A stretch of 64,000 nt of DNA, taken from contig CBDCWV010000010.1 of the NCBI GenBank assembly GCA_965223565.1, forward strand, positions 110,927 through 174,926. Direction: 5' to 3'. Position numbers and translations under genes: made by a program. The notes below the pieces were generated by a model, which was not told where the DNA came from, did no database searches, and was given only the letters and a program-made list of their open reading frames with translations. The stretch is from Myxococcota bacterium. Its GTDB lineage: Bacteria; Myxococcota_A; UBA9160; UBA4427. How positions within the stretch are numbered: the stretch's first letter is position 1; the number at the start of each line of letters is the position of its first letter. Below are positions 1 through 8,927 of the stretch, in pieces.

Positions 1-1
1 G

Positions 2-745
2 CGGCCCCCTTCCCGGGCGTCGCGGCGACTCGTCCCGGCTGCGGTCGTCTCGCGCAGGCGCAGGCGGGTCGCCGCAGTCCTCGCGGCGGGGCTCCTGCTC
101 GCGGGCCCGATCGGCTGCGGCGGCCGCAATCCGCGTGCCCCATCCGCGGTCCACACGGTTCGGGCCGGCGAGAACCTCTACCGCATCGGCCTTCGCTACG
201 GCGTTCCGGCCGAACGGATCGCTCGCGCCAATGACATCCGCGACGTGACGACGCTCCGGATCGGTCAGCGGCTGGTCATCCCCGACGCGGGGCGAAGCGT
301 TGGCCCGCGCAGCCGGCGCGGACGCGACCGCGATCGGGCGCGTCGGCGCGCGCGCCGCATCGCGCATGACCATGCGGCACTCCAGTTCTCGTGGCCAGCC
401 CGGGGGCGCTTGAGCTCGCGTTTCGGCATGCGCCGCGGACGCCCGCACGAGGGCATCGACATCGCCGCGCGGACGGGCACGCCGATCTTCGCTTCCGAGT
501 CGGGTCGTGTGATCCACAGCGGTCGGCTCGGCAGCTACGGCAAGGTCGTGATCGTGAAGCATGCCGGTCGCTACCGGTCCGTGTACGCGCATGCGAGCCG
601 GCTGCACGTCCGAAAGGGCGAGTTCGTCGAGCGGGGGCAGAAGATCGCCGAGGTCGGCTCGAGTGGACGCTCGACGGGACCCCACGTGCACTTCGAGATC
701 CGGCGATCCGAGACGCCCCAGAATCCGCTCGGCTTTCTGCCCTGA
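2..745 (+). CDS. LysM + M23 peptidase lipoprotein (NlpD-like), 5' end truncated by window
   Basis: Frame is open from base 2. Lipobox-like LLAGPIGC, LysM HTVRAGENLYRIGLRYGV, M23 zinc motifs HEGID and HVH. Confidence 0.9.
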   Translation, partial: RPPSRASRRLVPAAVVSRRRRRVAAVLAAGLLLAGPIGCGGRNPRAPSAVHTVRAGENLYRIGLRYGVPAERIARANDIRDVTTLRIGQRLVIPDAGRSVGPRSRRGRDRDRARRRARRIAHDHAALQFSWPARGRLSSRFGMRRGRPHEGIDIAARTGTPIFASESGRVIHSGRLGSYGKVVIVKHAGRYRSVYAHASRLHVRKGEFVERGQKIAEVGSSGRSTGPHVHFEIRRSETPQNPLGFLP

Positions 746-829
746 GGAGCCGCGCCGAAGACCCCCTGCGCTGAGGAGCGCTGGACGGACCGCCCCCGGA
801 CGTGCCAGGCGTCTCGCATGGGCGGACGG

Positions 830-2917
830 CTATTCGTGAGCGATCTGCTCGCGCAAGGCGTCGGCCGGGATCGCGGCCGAGAAGTGGAAGCCCTGCATCT
901 CGTAACAACCCTCGGCGCTCAGGAACTCCGCTTGATCCGAGTGGGAGACGCCCTCGGCGACCGGATGCAGATTCAGATCCCGCGCCATCCGGATCACGCT
1001 CGCGAGCAGTCGGCTCCCCTCGCCGTCGGGCGCGACCGTCTCGACCAGCCGGCGATCGATCTTCAGGACGTCGATCGGCTGGCTCAACAGAATCGCGAGC
1101 GCCGAATAGCCCTGCCCGAAATCGTCGAGCACGATGCGGACGCCGACCCTGCGGAGCTCTTCGAGCGCCCGGGCGATGCGGTCGTCGTCGCGCAGGAGCA
1201 GATTCTCGGTGATCTCGAGATCCAGCTGCTCGGGGGGCAGTCCCGAAACCTTGAGCGCTTCGACGACCGCCGAGAAGACGTCGTCCTGCTCGAACTGGAC
1301 GGGTGAGATGTTGACCGAGAGGCGCACCGGATCGTCGGGCCGGAGCGCTCGCCAGGATGCGGCCTCGCGACAGGCTTGCATGAGCGTCCAGCGACCGAGG
1401 TCCGTGATGAAGCCCGTCTCCTCGGCGACGCGTAGCGCCTCGCCCGGCGCCACGCGCCCGAGCGAGGGCGAGCTCCAACGAAACAGGGCCTCCGCGCCGA
1501 CGATCCGATCGTTCCGATAGTCGATACGCGGCTGGTAGTGGAGCTCGATCTCACCGGCGCTCATCGCCGCGCGCAGCTCGTGCTCGAGCGACAGACGCCG
1601 AACGGCACCGTCTTCCATCGATTGATTGAAGAAGCGCCAGCCGCCGCCCGCTTCCTTTGCGGCATAGAGCGCGGCGTCGGCGCGCTTGCGCAGATCGTCC
1701 GTCGTCTGTCCGTCGACGGGAAAGAGCGCGATTCCGACACTCGCCGCGGGAGCGAGCGTCTGTCCCATCAGATCGACCGGCTGGCGCATCGCCTCGAGCA
1801 TGCGTGTCGCCACGAGCTCTGCGTCGCGGGGACCGTGGATCCCCGAGAGCAGAATCGTGAACTCGTCCCCGCCGAGTCGCGAGACGCGCGCCTCGGTCGA
1901 CGTGGGCGCGTCCTTGTCCAGACACACGACGTCTTCGGCGCGCACCGTATCCGACAGGCGCGCCGAGATGATCCGCAGGAGCTGGTCGCCTGCGTCGTGG
2001 CCGAGGGTGTCGTTGATCAGCTTGAAGCGGTCGAGGTCGATGTAGAGGAGGGCGAGCTGCTCGCCCTCGCGCTTCGCTCGCGCGAGGGCGTGCGAGAGAC
2101 AATCGTCGAAATGGCGTCGATTGCCGAGGCCCGTCAGCTCGTCGACGCGAGAGCGCGCCTCGGCCTCCGCCAGCCGACGCATATGGTCCGTCGTGTCCTC
2201 GCAGACGCCGAAGACACGCGCCGTTCCCTCCTCGCCGATGGCTCCGAACGCGCGGCCCCGCGTCCGGAAATGGCGCGGATTCCCACTCGCGTCGGTCAAC
2301 CGGATCTGGACGCAGAAGGGCGTGCCACTGCGAGCCGCTTCGAAGAGCGTGCCCGTGAAGAGCGCGCGATCGTCGGGATGGATGCAGTCGAGGAGCGAGG
2401 TCGGCGAGATGAGATCTTCGCTCTTCTTCTCGCCGATGATCTCCCGAAGCTGCGCCGAGGGACGCAGCGCCCCCGTGTCCGGGCGGAAATCGAAGTAGAC
2501 GAGATCCGTCGTCGACTCGAGCTGCTGAAGCGTGGTCGCCTGGCGTTTCAATTCCTCGAAGCGTTGCCATCGCGCGAGGACGGCGCGGATATGATCCGCG
2601 ATCCGGGCCGGGTCGAGCGAGGCGGGCAGGAGCTCGAAGACATGGTGATCGACGGTCGGATGCGCGCTCTCGCTCTCGGGCGTGTGCAGGACGACGGCGG
2701 GCGCATTCGGATAGGCGTCGACCAGCTGCGTGCAGGTCGAGGCGAATTGCGATCCGCCGCTACCGGGTAGCAGGACCAGGACCATCGGTGGCGCGGTTAC
2801 GAGATCGAGATCGTGGACCTTGAGCCCAGCGGACTCGAGCTGCCCCGCGATATCCACCGTGCGCGGATCGTCGGCCGCCGTCCAGATGGCGACATCGATC
2901 TTTCGCTCCTGGCCCAT
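830..2917 (-). CDS. PAS-GGDEF-EAL diguanylate cyclase/phosphodiesterase with degenerate REC-like N-terminus
   Basis: PAS motif IHPDDR, intact RLGGDEF, GAEALFRW and LDDFGQGYS. Start set at ATG 2917; the ORF track extends to 3004. Confidence 0.92.
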   Translation of the reverse strand: MGQERKIDVAIWTAADDPRTVDIAGQLESAGLKVHDLDLVTAPPMVLVLLPGSGGSQFASTCTQLVDAYPNAPAVVLHTPESESAHPTVDHHVFELLPASLDPARIADHIRAVLARWQRFEELKRQATTLQQLESTTDLVYFDFRPDTGALRPSAQLREIIGEKKSEDLISPTSLLDCIHPDDRALFTGTLFEAARSGTPFCVQIRLTDASGNPRHFRTRGRAFGAIGEEGTARVFGVCEDTTDHMRRLAEAEARSRVDELTGLGNRRHFDDCLSHALARAKREGEQLALLYIDLDRFKLINDTLGHDAGDQLLRIISARLSDTVRAEDVVCLDKDAPTSTEARVSRLGGDEFTILLSGIHGPRDAELVATRMLEAMRQPVDLMGQTLAPAASVGIALFPVDGQTTDDLRKRADAALYAAKEAGGGWRFFNQSMEDGAVRRLSLEHELRAAMSAGEIELHYQPRIDYRNDRIVGAEALFRWSSPSLGRVAPGEALRVAEETGFITDLGRWTLMQACREAASWRALRPDDPVRLSVNISPVQFEQDDVFSAVVEALKVSGLPPEQLDLEITENLLLRDDDRIARALEELRRVGVRIVLDDFGQGYSALAILLSQPIDVLKIDRRLVETVAPDGEGSRLLASVIRMARDLNLHPVAEGVSHSDQAEFLSAEGCYEMQGFHFSAAIPADALREQIAHE

Positions 2918-3126
2918 TGCGCCCCCGAGAACCGGCCGCGAAACGGGCCAGAACGAGGGGCTTATCGGACGTCGAGCGGGCTTCGCTGTATAGCCGGCCA
3001 CCATTTCATGCGAGAAATGAACGGTCGTGGGGCATGCGCGAGACGTGGATGCGCGCGGCCTGCCGATCGCTTGCAGCGCGATTGCAGGGTGACGAGCGAC
3101 GTTCTGCTAGGCTCGGTTTTCGCCGC

Positions 3127-3202
3127 GCCCCCGTAGCTCAGAGGATAGAGCGTCGGTTTCCTAAACCGTGCGTCGCAGGTTCGAGTCCTGCCGGGGGCGC
3201 CA
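3127..3202 (+). tRNA. tRNA-Arg (anticodon CCT)
   Basis: Acceptor stem GCCCCCG/CGGGGGC, D arm GCTC-AGAGGATA-GAGC, anticodon loop TTCCTAA, T arm GCAGG-TTCGAGT-CCTGC, encoded CCA; 76 nt. Confidence 0.95.
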
Positions 3203-3805
3203 GGCGGCGAGGAGCTCCGCGACCGTCGTCAGCGTCGTCAAGCCGTCCAGCGTATGCTCGAGGACCAGCCGAGCATATTCGGCCGGATAGCCGGCGACCG
3301 CGTCGGTCGGGACGACGACCGAGTAGCCATGGTCGACGCCCTCGATCGACATGCCGATGATGCCGCGATTGAGCGAGACGCCCGTCGCGATCACGGTGCG
3401 GGTCCCGAGGCTTCTCAGGTATGGATCGAGCGAGGTATTGACGAAGGGTGCAATCCCGTGGAGCCGCTCCGAGATCAGGTCGTCGGGCTCGAGCAGCTCG
3501 GGGACGGGCCGCGCGGCCTCGGAGCCGACGGGAATGTGCTCGGGATCGTCCATCAGCCGACTCACGAAGGGCATGTTGCGATAGCTGCCGGCGCGATCGG
3601 GTCTGAAGGCAGCCGTGCAGTGGATGATGCGCATCCCCGCCCGTCGGGCGCCCGCAAAGAGCTCGGCGCAACGTTCGACGATCTGCTCCTCGCGCACGAC
3701 CTCCCTGGGGCCGGGAAATCGAGCGAGGTCGCCGACGACGCCGCGCTCCATCTCCATGCAGAGCACCGTCGTGTGTTCTGGACGAACGAGATCTGGGAGC
3801 TCCAC
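3161..3805 (-). CDS. Isochorismatase/cysteine hydrolase family protein (catalytic Cys apparently absent)
   Basis: Family pattern TTVLCMEMERG...SLGTRTVIATGVS...DAVAG. GTG start preceded by GGGAGG. 3' end reads into the tRNA antisense. Confidence 0.8.
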   Translation of the reverse strand: MELPDLVRPEHTTVLCMEMERGVVGDLARFPGPREVVREEQIVERCAELFAGARRAGMRIIHCTAAFRPDRAGSYRNMPFVSRLMDDPEHIPVGSEAARPVPELLEPDDLISERLHGIAPFVNTSLDPYLRSLGTRTVIATGVSLNRGIIGMSIEGVDHGYSVVVPTDAVAGYPAEYARLVLEHTLDGLTTLTTVAELLAAWRPRQDSNLRRTV

Positions 3806-4004
3806 GGGTCCTCCCGACTGACTGCAGCGTGGCTGAATCGGCCGTGTGGGCGCTCGGCGGCGCAATGCCAGTGTCTAGCAAACGAGTGGCGGGTCGCGAT
3901 TGGGCGTAGCCCGAGCGGATCTTTCGTGCGAGTGTCGGGTCGACCTACGGCGCCTTCGCGGTCGAGCCGGTCGATCGACGAGTTGTCGCAGGGGGGAATC
4001 GGTC

Positions 4005-4772
4005 GTGGCCGAGTTCGATGGACAGGTCGTCGTCATATCCGGAGCCGCGAAGGGACAGGGACGCGAGACGGCGCGCGTCTTTCACGAGGCAGGAGCGCAG
4101 GTCTTTCTCGCGGACATCGACGATGTGGCGGGTGAGCGCGCGGCGGCGGCGATCGGTGTGCGCGCGCACTTCGTCCATCTCGACGTGAGCCGCGAGCAGG
4201 ATTGGCAAGAGCTGAGAGACCAGGTCCTGAAGGAAGCTTCGAGAGTCGACGTACTCGTGAACAATGCGGGGACGACCTGCCGCGGCGACCTCGTCGACGT
4301 CGCACCCGAAGCGTTCCGACGCGTCGTCGAGATCAATCTGATCGGCACGTTTCTCGGCACGCACGTTCTCGCGCCCGCGATCGGTGAGACCGGGGGCGGC
4401 GCGATCATCAACGTGTCCTCCGTCCAGGGTCTACTCGCGCGGAGCGGCGTGGGTGCCTATACCGCAAGCAAGTTTGCGATTCGCGGTCTGACGAAGGTCG
4501 CGGCGCTCGAGCTCGGCCCGCTCGGCATTCGTGTCAACTCGATCCATCCCGGCGGCGTCGCAACGGATTTCATCACCGAGGCCTCGGGCCTCGAGCTGAC
4601 GCCGGAGCAGCTCGATGCCGGCCACGCGCATCTCCCGATTCCGCGTTGCGGCCGCGTCGAGGACATCGCGCCCGTGACGCTCTTCCTGGCCAGTCGCGCG
4701 GCCGGCTACATTACGGGCGCCGAGATCGTGATCGACGGGGGGATGACGGCGGGCATCCCGCGTATCGCCTGA
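4005..4772 (+). CDS. Short-chain dehydrogenase/reductase (hydroxysteroid dehydrogenase-like SDR)
   Basis: SGAAKGQG, LVNNAG, NVSS, YTASK, VNSIHPGG. GTG start inferred. Confidence 0.9.
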   Translation: MAEFDGQVVVISGAAKGQGRETARVFHEAGAQVFLADIDDVAGERAAAAIGVRAHFVHLDVSREQDWQELRDQVLKEASRVDVLVNNAGTTCRGDLVDVAPEAFRRVVEINLIGTFLGTHVLAPAIGETGGGAIINVSSVQGLLARSGVGAYTASKFAIRGLTKVAALELGPLGIRVNSIHPGGVATDFITEASGLELTPEQLDAGHAHLPIPRCGRVEDIAPVTLFLASRAAGYITGAEIVIDGGMTAGIPRIA

Positions 4773-4787
4773 CAGAACGGGGGCCGA

Positions 4788-5195
4788 ATGGACGCACGCT
4801 CGAAGCGACGCGTTGCCGTGATCGAGGGCTACTTCTCGGCGATTGCCGCGCAGGATCCCGAACGCGTGGCCACGTTCTATACGGATGACTACGTACTCGA
4901 GCTCCCCTATCACAAGCCGAACGAGCCGCTCGTCGTACACGGCCGCGAGACGGTCGTCGAGTATCTCGAGCTGATCCTCGCTCGCCAACGGATGAAGCTC
5001 CAGCTCTCGGGTGTGCATGCCGTTCCCGACGAGGATCTGTTGATCGCCGAGTATTCGAGCGAGGGCGAGTTCACGGATACCGGCGCGCCGTACCGCAACC
5101 TCTATGTGGGCTATTTCTATTTCGAAGGCGAACGGCTCCGCCGGCTCCGGGAGTACTACAATCCACAATCGCCCGGTGCGTCTGCGATAGACTGA
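4788..5195 (+). CDS. SnoaL/NTF2-like protein (PhzA/B-like)
   Basis: 135 aa with pattern FYTDDYVLELPY...YRNLYVGYF...LREYYNP. Confidence 0.8.
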   Translation: MDARSKRRVAVIEGYFSAIAAQDPERVATFYTDDYVLELPYHKPNEPLVVHGRETVVEYLELILARQRMKLQLSGVHAVPDEDLLIAEYSSEGEFTDTGAPYRNLYVGYFYFEGERLRRLREYYNPQSPGASAID

Positions 5196-5207
5196 GGGAG
5201 ATCGTCG

Positions 5208-6065
5208 TTGAAGGTCGGGGTCTTCTTCACGGCCGGTGAGCACGCCGCCGACATCGCAGAGGTCGCTCGGGCTGCCGAAGCGCTCGGCTTCGGCTCGCTC
5301 TGGCTCGGCGAGCACGTCGTCATGCCGGTCGCATACGAACGGGTCTATCCGGGCTCCGAGACGGGCGAGGCGCCGTCGTTCGCGGCGCTGCTCTCCTCGC
5401 CGATCGTCGCACTCGCGCGGGCAGCTGCCGTGACGGAACGGCTCGAGCTCGGAACCGGTGTCTGTCTGCTGCCGCTGCACGAGCCGATCGCGCTCGCGAA
5501 AGACATCGCGACGCTCGACCGCGACTCGGGCGGGCGTTTTCTCTTCGGGGTCGGTGGCGGCTGGCTGCGCGAGGAGACCGAGATCCTCGGCGGCGACTTC
5601 GACCGACGTTGGCGACAGATCGCGGACGCGGTGGAGGCCATGAAACGCCTCTGGCGGGACGATGTCGCGCAGCACGCCGGGCCCTATACGCGATTCCCCC
5701 CGGTTCGTCTGTATCCGAAGCCGGCCCAGCAGCCGCATCCTCCGGTCCTTCTCGGCGGCAGCGCGGCGCGCATCTTCGAACGGGTCGTCGCGTGGGGCGA
5801 AGGCTGGATTCCCGGGGTCTCGTCCGTCGAGGAGTTTCGCGAGGGTCAGGCCGAGCTGCGGCGGACGGCGACCGAACGCGGGCGGGATCCGGATTCGTTC
5901 GTGCAGGTGGCGTTCGGATTGCCCGGCGCGTTGCGCAACGCGACCGAGCTGGCGGCGCTCCGGGATCTCGGGGCCGACCACGCCACCGTCTGGCTGGCCG
6001 AGCGCGGCGAGGGCGTCTTCTCCGAGCTCGAGTCGCTCGCCTCGGAGCTTCGGGCACTCGCGTGA
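5208..6065 (+). CDS. LLM-class oxidoreductase, putative F420-dependent (Rv2161c/TIGR03619-like)
   Basis: GFGSLWLGEHVVMP, LELGTGVCLLP, LAKDIATLD, GVGGGWLREE. Confidence 0.85.
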   Translation: MKVGVFFTAGEHAADIAEVARAAEALGFGSLWLGEHVVMPVAYERVYPGSETGEAPSFAALLSSPIVALARAAAVTERLELGTGVCLLPLHEPIALAKDIATLDRDSGGRFLFGVGGGWLREETEILGGDFDRRWRQIADAVEAMKRLWRDDVAQHAGPYTRFPPVRLYPKPAQQPHPPVLLGGSAARIFERVVAWGEGWIPGVSSVEEFREGQAELRRTATERGRDPDSFVQVAFGLPGALRNATELAALRDLGADHATVWLAERGEGVFSELESLASELRALA

Positions 6066-6173
6066 GCTGCGGGCGTCCCGGTTCCGCTGGCGCCTCGGAT
6101 GCGTGCGTCGCGCTTCGCGTATCGAAGCTACGATCCCGCTACGAACCCCACTGATTCATGCTGGAGCCGATCG

Positions 6174-6530
6174 ATGTCTCTCGAAGTCGGAATCGAAGAA
6201 GAGAAGAGCTACATGGTGACGGACGACATGGCGCCGGGTCACCTGCCCGCCAAGGTACTGTCGACGCCGAGCATGATCGGCCTGATCGAGGGCACCTGCC
6301 TTTTCGCAGTCCAGCCTCACCTCGAAGAGGGCCAGGTCACGGTCGGCACGCATGTCTGCGTCAGTCACGAAGGTGCTGCGGCCTCGGGACAGGAGATCCG
6401 GATCCAATGTCGCCTGACGGAGATCGACAAGCGCCGGTTGACGTTCGAGACCGAGGTCACGGTCGATGGTCGTCGCATCTCGAAGGGAACCCACCAGCGC
6501 GCGGTGATCGATCCCGCGCGCTTTGGCTAG
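6174..6530 (+). CDS. Hotdog thioesterase (FlK-like)
   Basis: VLSTPSMIGLIE (Thr, Glu), VSHEG (His), GTHQRAVI. Confidence 0.85.
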   Translation: MSLEVGIEEEKSYMVTDDMAPGHLPAKVLSTPSMIGLIEGTCLFAVQPHLEEGQVTVGTHVCVSHEGAAASGQEIRIQCRLTEIDKRRLTFETEVTVDGRRISKGTHQRAVIDPARFG

Positions 6531-6633
6531 CCGAGCGGCCCCGTTTCACTCGAGCTCTCCGCGTGGGTGTGAACGGACGCGAATCGAGATGCGAACGCGC
6601 TATCGCGCAAACGCGAGAGGGTGGAACGTTCCG

Positions 6634-7461
6634 ATGGGTGCCAGCGGCTTCGAGCGGGAGACGATCACGCGTGATTTCGGTGCCGTGCTGCACGGGCTCG
6701 ACGCACGGGATCCCGACGCGACGACCGCGCTTCGCGATGCCGTCCACGACCATGGCGTCGTCTTCCTGAGAGACCAGCATCTCGACGACGACGAACACAT
6801 CGCCGTCGCCTCCCGCTTCGGCCCGCTCGGCGTCTATCCCGTCCAGGCGGCGGCGGGTATGACCGCGCCGCTCGAGTTCATCGAGGATGGTCCCGACGAT
6901 CCGCCGAAGGCCGACGGCTGGCATACGGACGTCACCTGGGTCGAGACGCCGCCCGTGCTGGCCTTTCTCTGCATGCTCGAACGGCCGGAGCGGGGCGGGG
7001 ATACGCTCTGGGTCGATACGGCGGGGGCCTGGGACGCGCTCTCGCCCGTGATGCAGGAAATGCTCGCGGGACTCGAGCTCTTCCACGATGTCGGTTCCAG
7101 TCGCGAGGTCCTGGTCCGGAAATTCGGCGAGGACGTCGTCCTTCGCACGAAGGAGCGATTCGGCATGGGCGTCGCCCATCCGCTCGTTCGCAGCCATCCC
7201 TACACGGGCCGCAAGAGTCTATTCGTGGCCGGCTACTTCATGGATCACGTCGTAGGCATGTCCTCGGCGGAGAGCAGGGCGCTGCTCGACTTCCTGATGG
7301 CGCATGCGACGGCGCCCGAGCGCGCGATCCGATGGCGCTGGCGGGAAGGGGACCTGGCGATCTGGGACGAGCGTCGCACGATGCATCGCGCCCTGGGTGA
7401 TCATTTCCCGCTCCGCCGCCGCGTTCGCCGTTGTACAGTGATGGGCGAGCGGCCCCGCTGA
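6634..7461 (+). CDS. TauD/TfdA family 2-oxoglutarate/Fe(II) dioxygenase
   Basis: WHTDVTW, GGDTLW, HPLVRSHP, WDERRTMH. Start uncertain. Confidence 0.9.
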   Translation: MGASGFERETITRDFGAVLHGLDARDPDATTALRDAVHDHGVVFLRDQHLDDDEHIAVASRFGPLGVYPVQAAAGMTAPLEFIEDGPDDPPKADGWHTDVTWVETPPVLAFLCMLERPERGGDTLWVDTAGAWDALSPVMQEMLAGLELFHDVGSSREVLVRKFGEDVVLRTKERFGMGVAHPLVRSHPYTGRKSLFVAGYFMDHVVGMSSAESRALLDFLMAHATAPERAIRWRWREGDLAIWDERRTMHRALGDHFPLRRRVRRCTVMGERPR

Positions 7462-7502
7462 CGAGCGGCCGATCCACCGATCCGAGAGGAGGGAGGACGC
7501 GC

Positions 7503-8927
7503 GTGTCGACGACGATCTCGCAACGCGATCGGCTGGAGCGGCGTCGAGAGATCGACGCGATCCGCGCGCGCGTCGACCATCCGATCATCGACGGCGACGG
7601 GCATCTACTCGAATCGGTCCCGATGCTCTGCGACACGCTCGAGCGCGTCGCGGGGCGAGGCGTCGTCGAGGGACTGCGGCGGGTGCTGCCGGAGCTCTTC
7701 ACGGGCGAGGGATCCCGTGCCGAAGGCATGCCGCGCGGCCCCTGGTGGCCTTCGCCGACCGACGCGCACTATCAGGCGACCGTCATGGTGCCCGCGCTGC
7801 TCGCCGAGCAGCTCGACGAGATCGGACTCGATTTCGTGATCCTCTATCCGTCGCTCGGGCTCGCGCTGTGTACGATTCCCGAGGCTGAGATCCGACGCGC
7901 CTCGCTCCGTGCGCTCAACACGATGCTGGTGGAGATCTGCGCCGAGCAGGCCCGCGTGCTGACGCCAGCGGCGGTGATCCCGATGCATGCGCCGGCGGAG
8001 GCGATCGAGGCACTCGAGCACGCGAGCGAGGCGGGTCTGCGCGTGGCGATGATTCCGCCCGGCGTCGCACGGCCACTCGAGGCGCATCCGACGCTCTTTC
8101 CGCAGCTCGCCCACGTCGATCGCTTCGGCATCGACTCCGACCACGACTACGATCCGGTCTGGCGGGCCTTCGAGCGATCGGGGATCGCCGTCACGGTCCA
8201 CGGGGCGGTCGGTCTGCGCTATCTGCCCGGCGGTCGCGGTTCCCCGTCGAACTACTCCTACAATCACGTGCTCGGCCACGGCTATCTGCAGAGTGAATTC
8301 TGTCGCGCACTGGTCTATGGCGGCGTGCCGATGCGGTTTCCGGACCTGCCGTTCTGTTTTCTGGAAGGTGGCGTCGCCTGGGCGATCGAGATGCTGGGCG
8401 CGCTCGAGGAGCACTACGAGAAAAGGGGTCCTGCAGGGATCGACTGCTACGATCCGGCTCGACTCGATCACGCGCTGCTCGAACGTCTGCTCGCCGAGTA
8501 CGGTTTTCCCGCGGAGCCGCCCGAGATGGTCGGCGAGACGAATCGTTCGCCCTGGGCAAGGGACGAGTTCGAGGCCTCGGGCCTGCGCGACGAGTCCGAC
8601 CTGGCGCGCATCTTCGGCGACCAGTTCTTCTTCGGCTGCGAGTCGGACGACCCTTCGGCCCATCGTGCACTCGACGCACCGGGCAATCCGCTGCATACGC
8701 GGCTGCGCCCGGTGTTCTCCTCCGATATCGGCCATTGGGACGTGCCGCGGCTCGACGATCCGCTCCCGAACGCCTTCCGACTGGTCGAACGGGGCCTACT
8801 CTCGAAAGAGGATTTCCGCCGATTCGTCTGCGACGAGGTCGTGGCGCTTCATACGCGTTGCAATCCGGCCTTCTTCGACGGCACGAACGTCGAAGGGCGA
8901 GTCGAGACGGGAGGTGCCCCGCGATGA
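7503..8927 (+). CDS. Amidohydrolase family protein (Amidohydro_2-like)
   Basis: IIDGDGHLLE, FLEGGVAW, FSSDIGHWDV. GTG start after GGAGGA. Confidence 0.85.
   Translation: MSTTISQRDRLERRREIDAIRARVDHPIIDGDGHLLESVPMLCDTLERVAGRGVVEGLRRVLPELFTGEGSRAEGMPRGPWWPSPTDAHYQATVMVPALLAEQLDEIGLDFVILYPSLGLALCTIPEAEIRRASLRALNTMLVEICAEQARVLTPAAVIPMHAPAEAIEALEHASEAGLRVAMIPPGVARPLEAHPTLFPQLAHVDRFGIDSDHDYDPVWRAFERSGIAVTVHGAVGLRYLPGGRGSPSNYSYNHVLGHGYLQSEFCRALVYGGVPMRFPDLPFCFLEGGVAWAIEMLGALEEHYEKRGPAGIDCYDPARLDHALLERLLAEYGFPAEPPEMVGETNRSPWARDEFEASGLRDESDLARIFGDQFFFGCESDDPSAHRALDAPGNPLHTRLRPVFSSDIGHWDVPRLDDPLPNAFRLVERGLLSKEDFRRFVCDEVVALHTRCNPAFFDGTNVEGRVETGGAPR

Noticed and set aside
742-781. CTGAGGAGC direct repeat and small GCGCT/AGCGC hairpin between convergent genes
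   Set aside because: 5-bp stem without a T tract; not distinguishable from chance.
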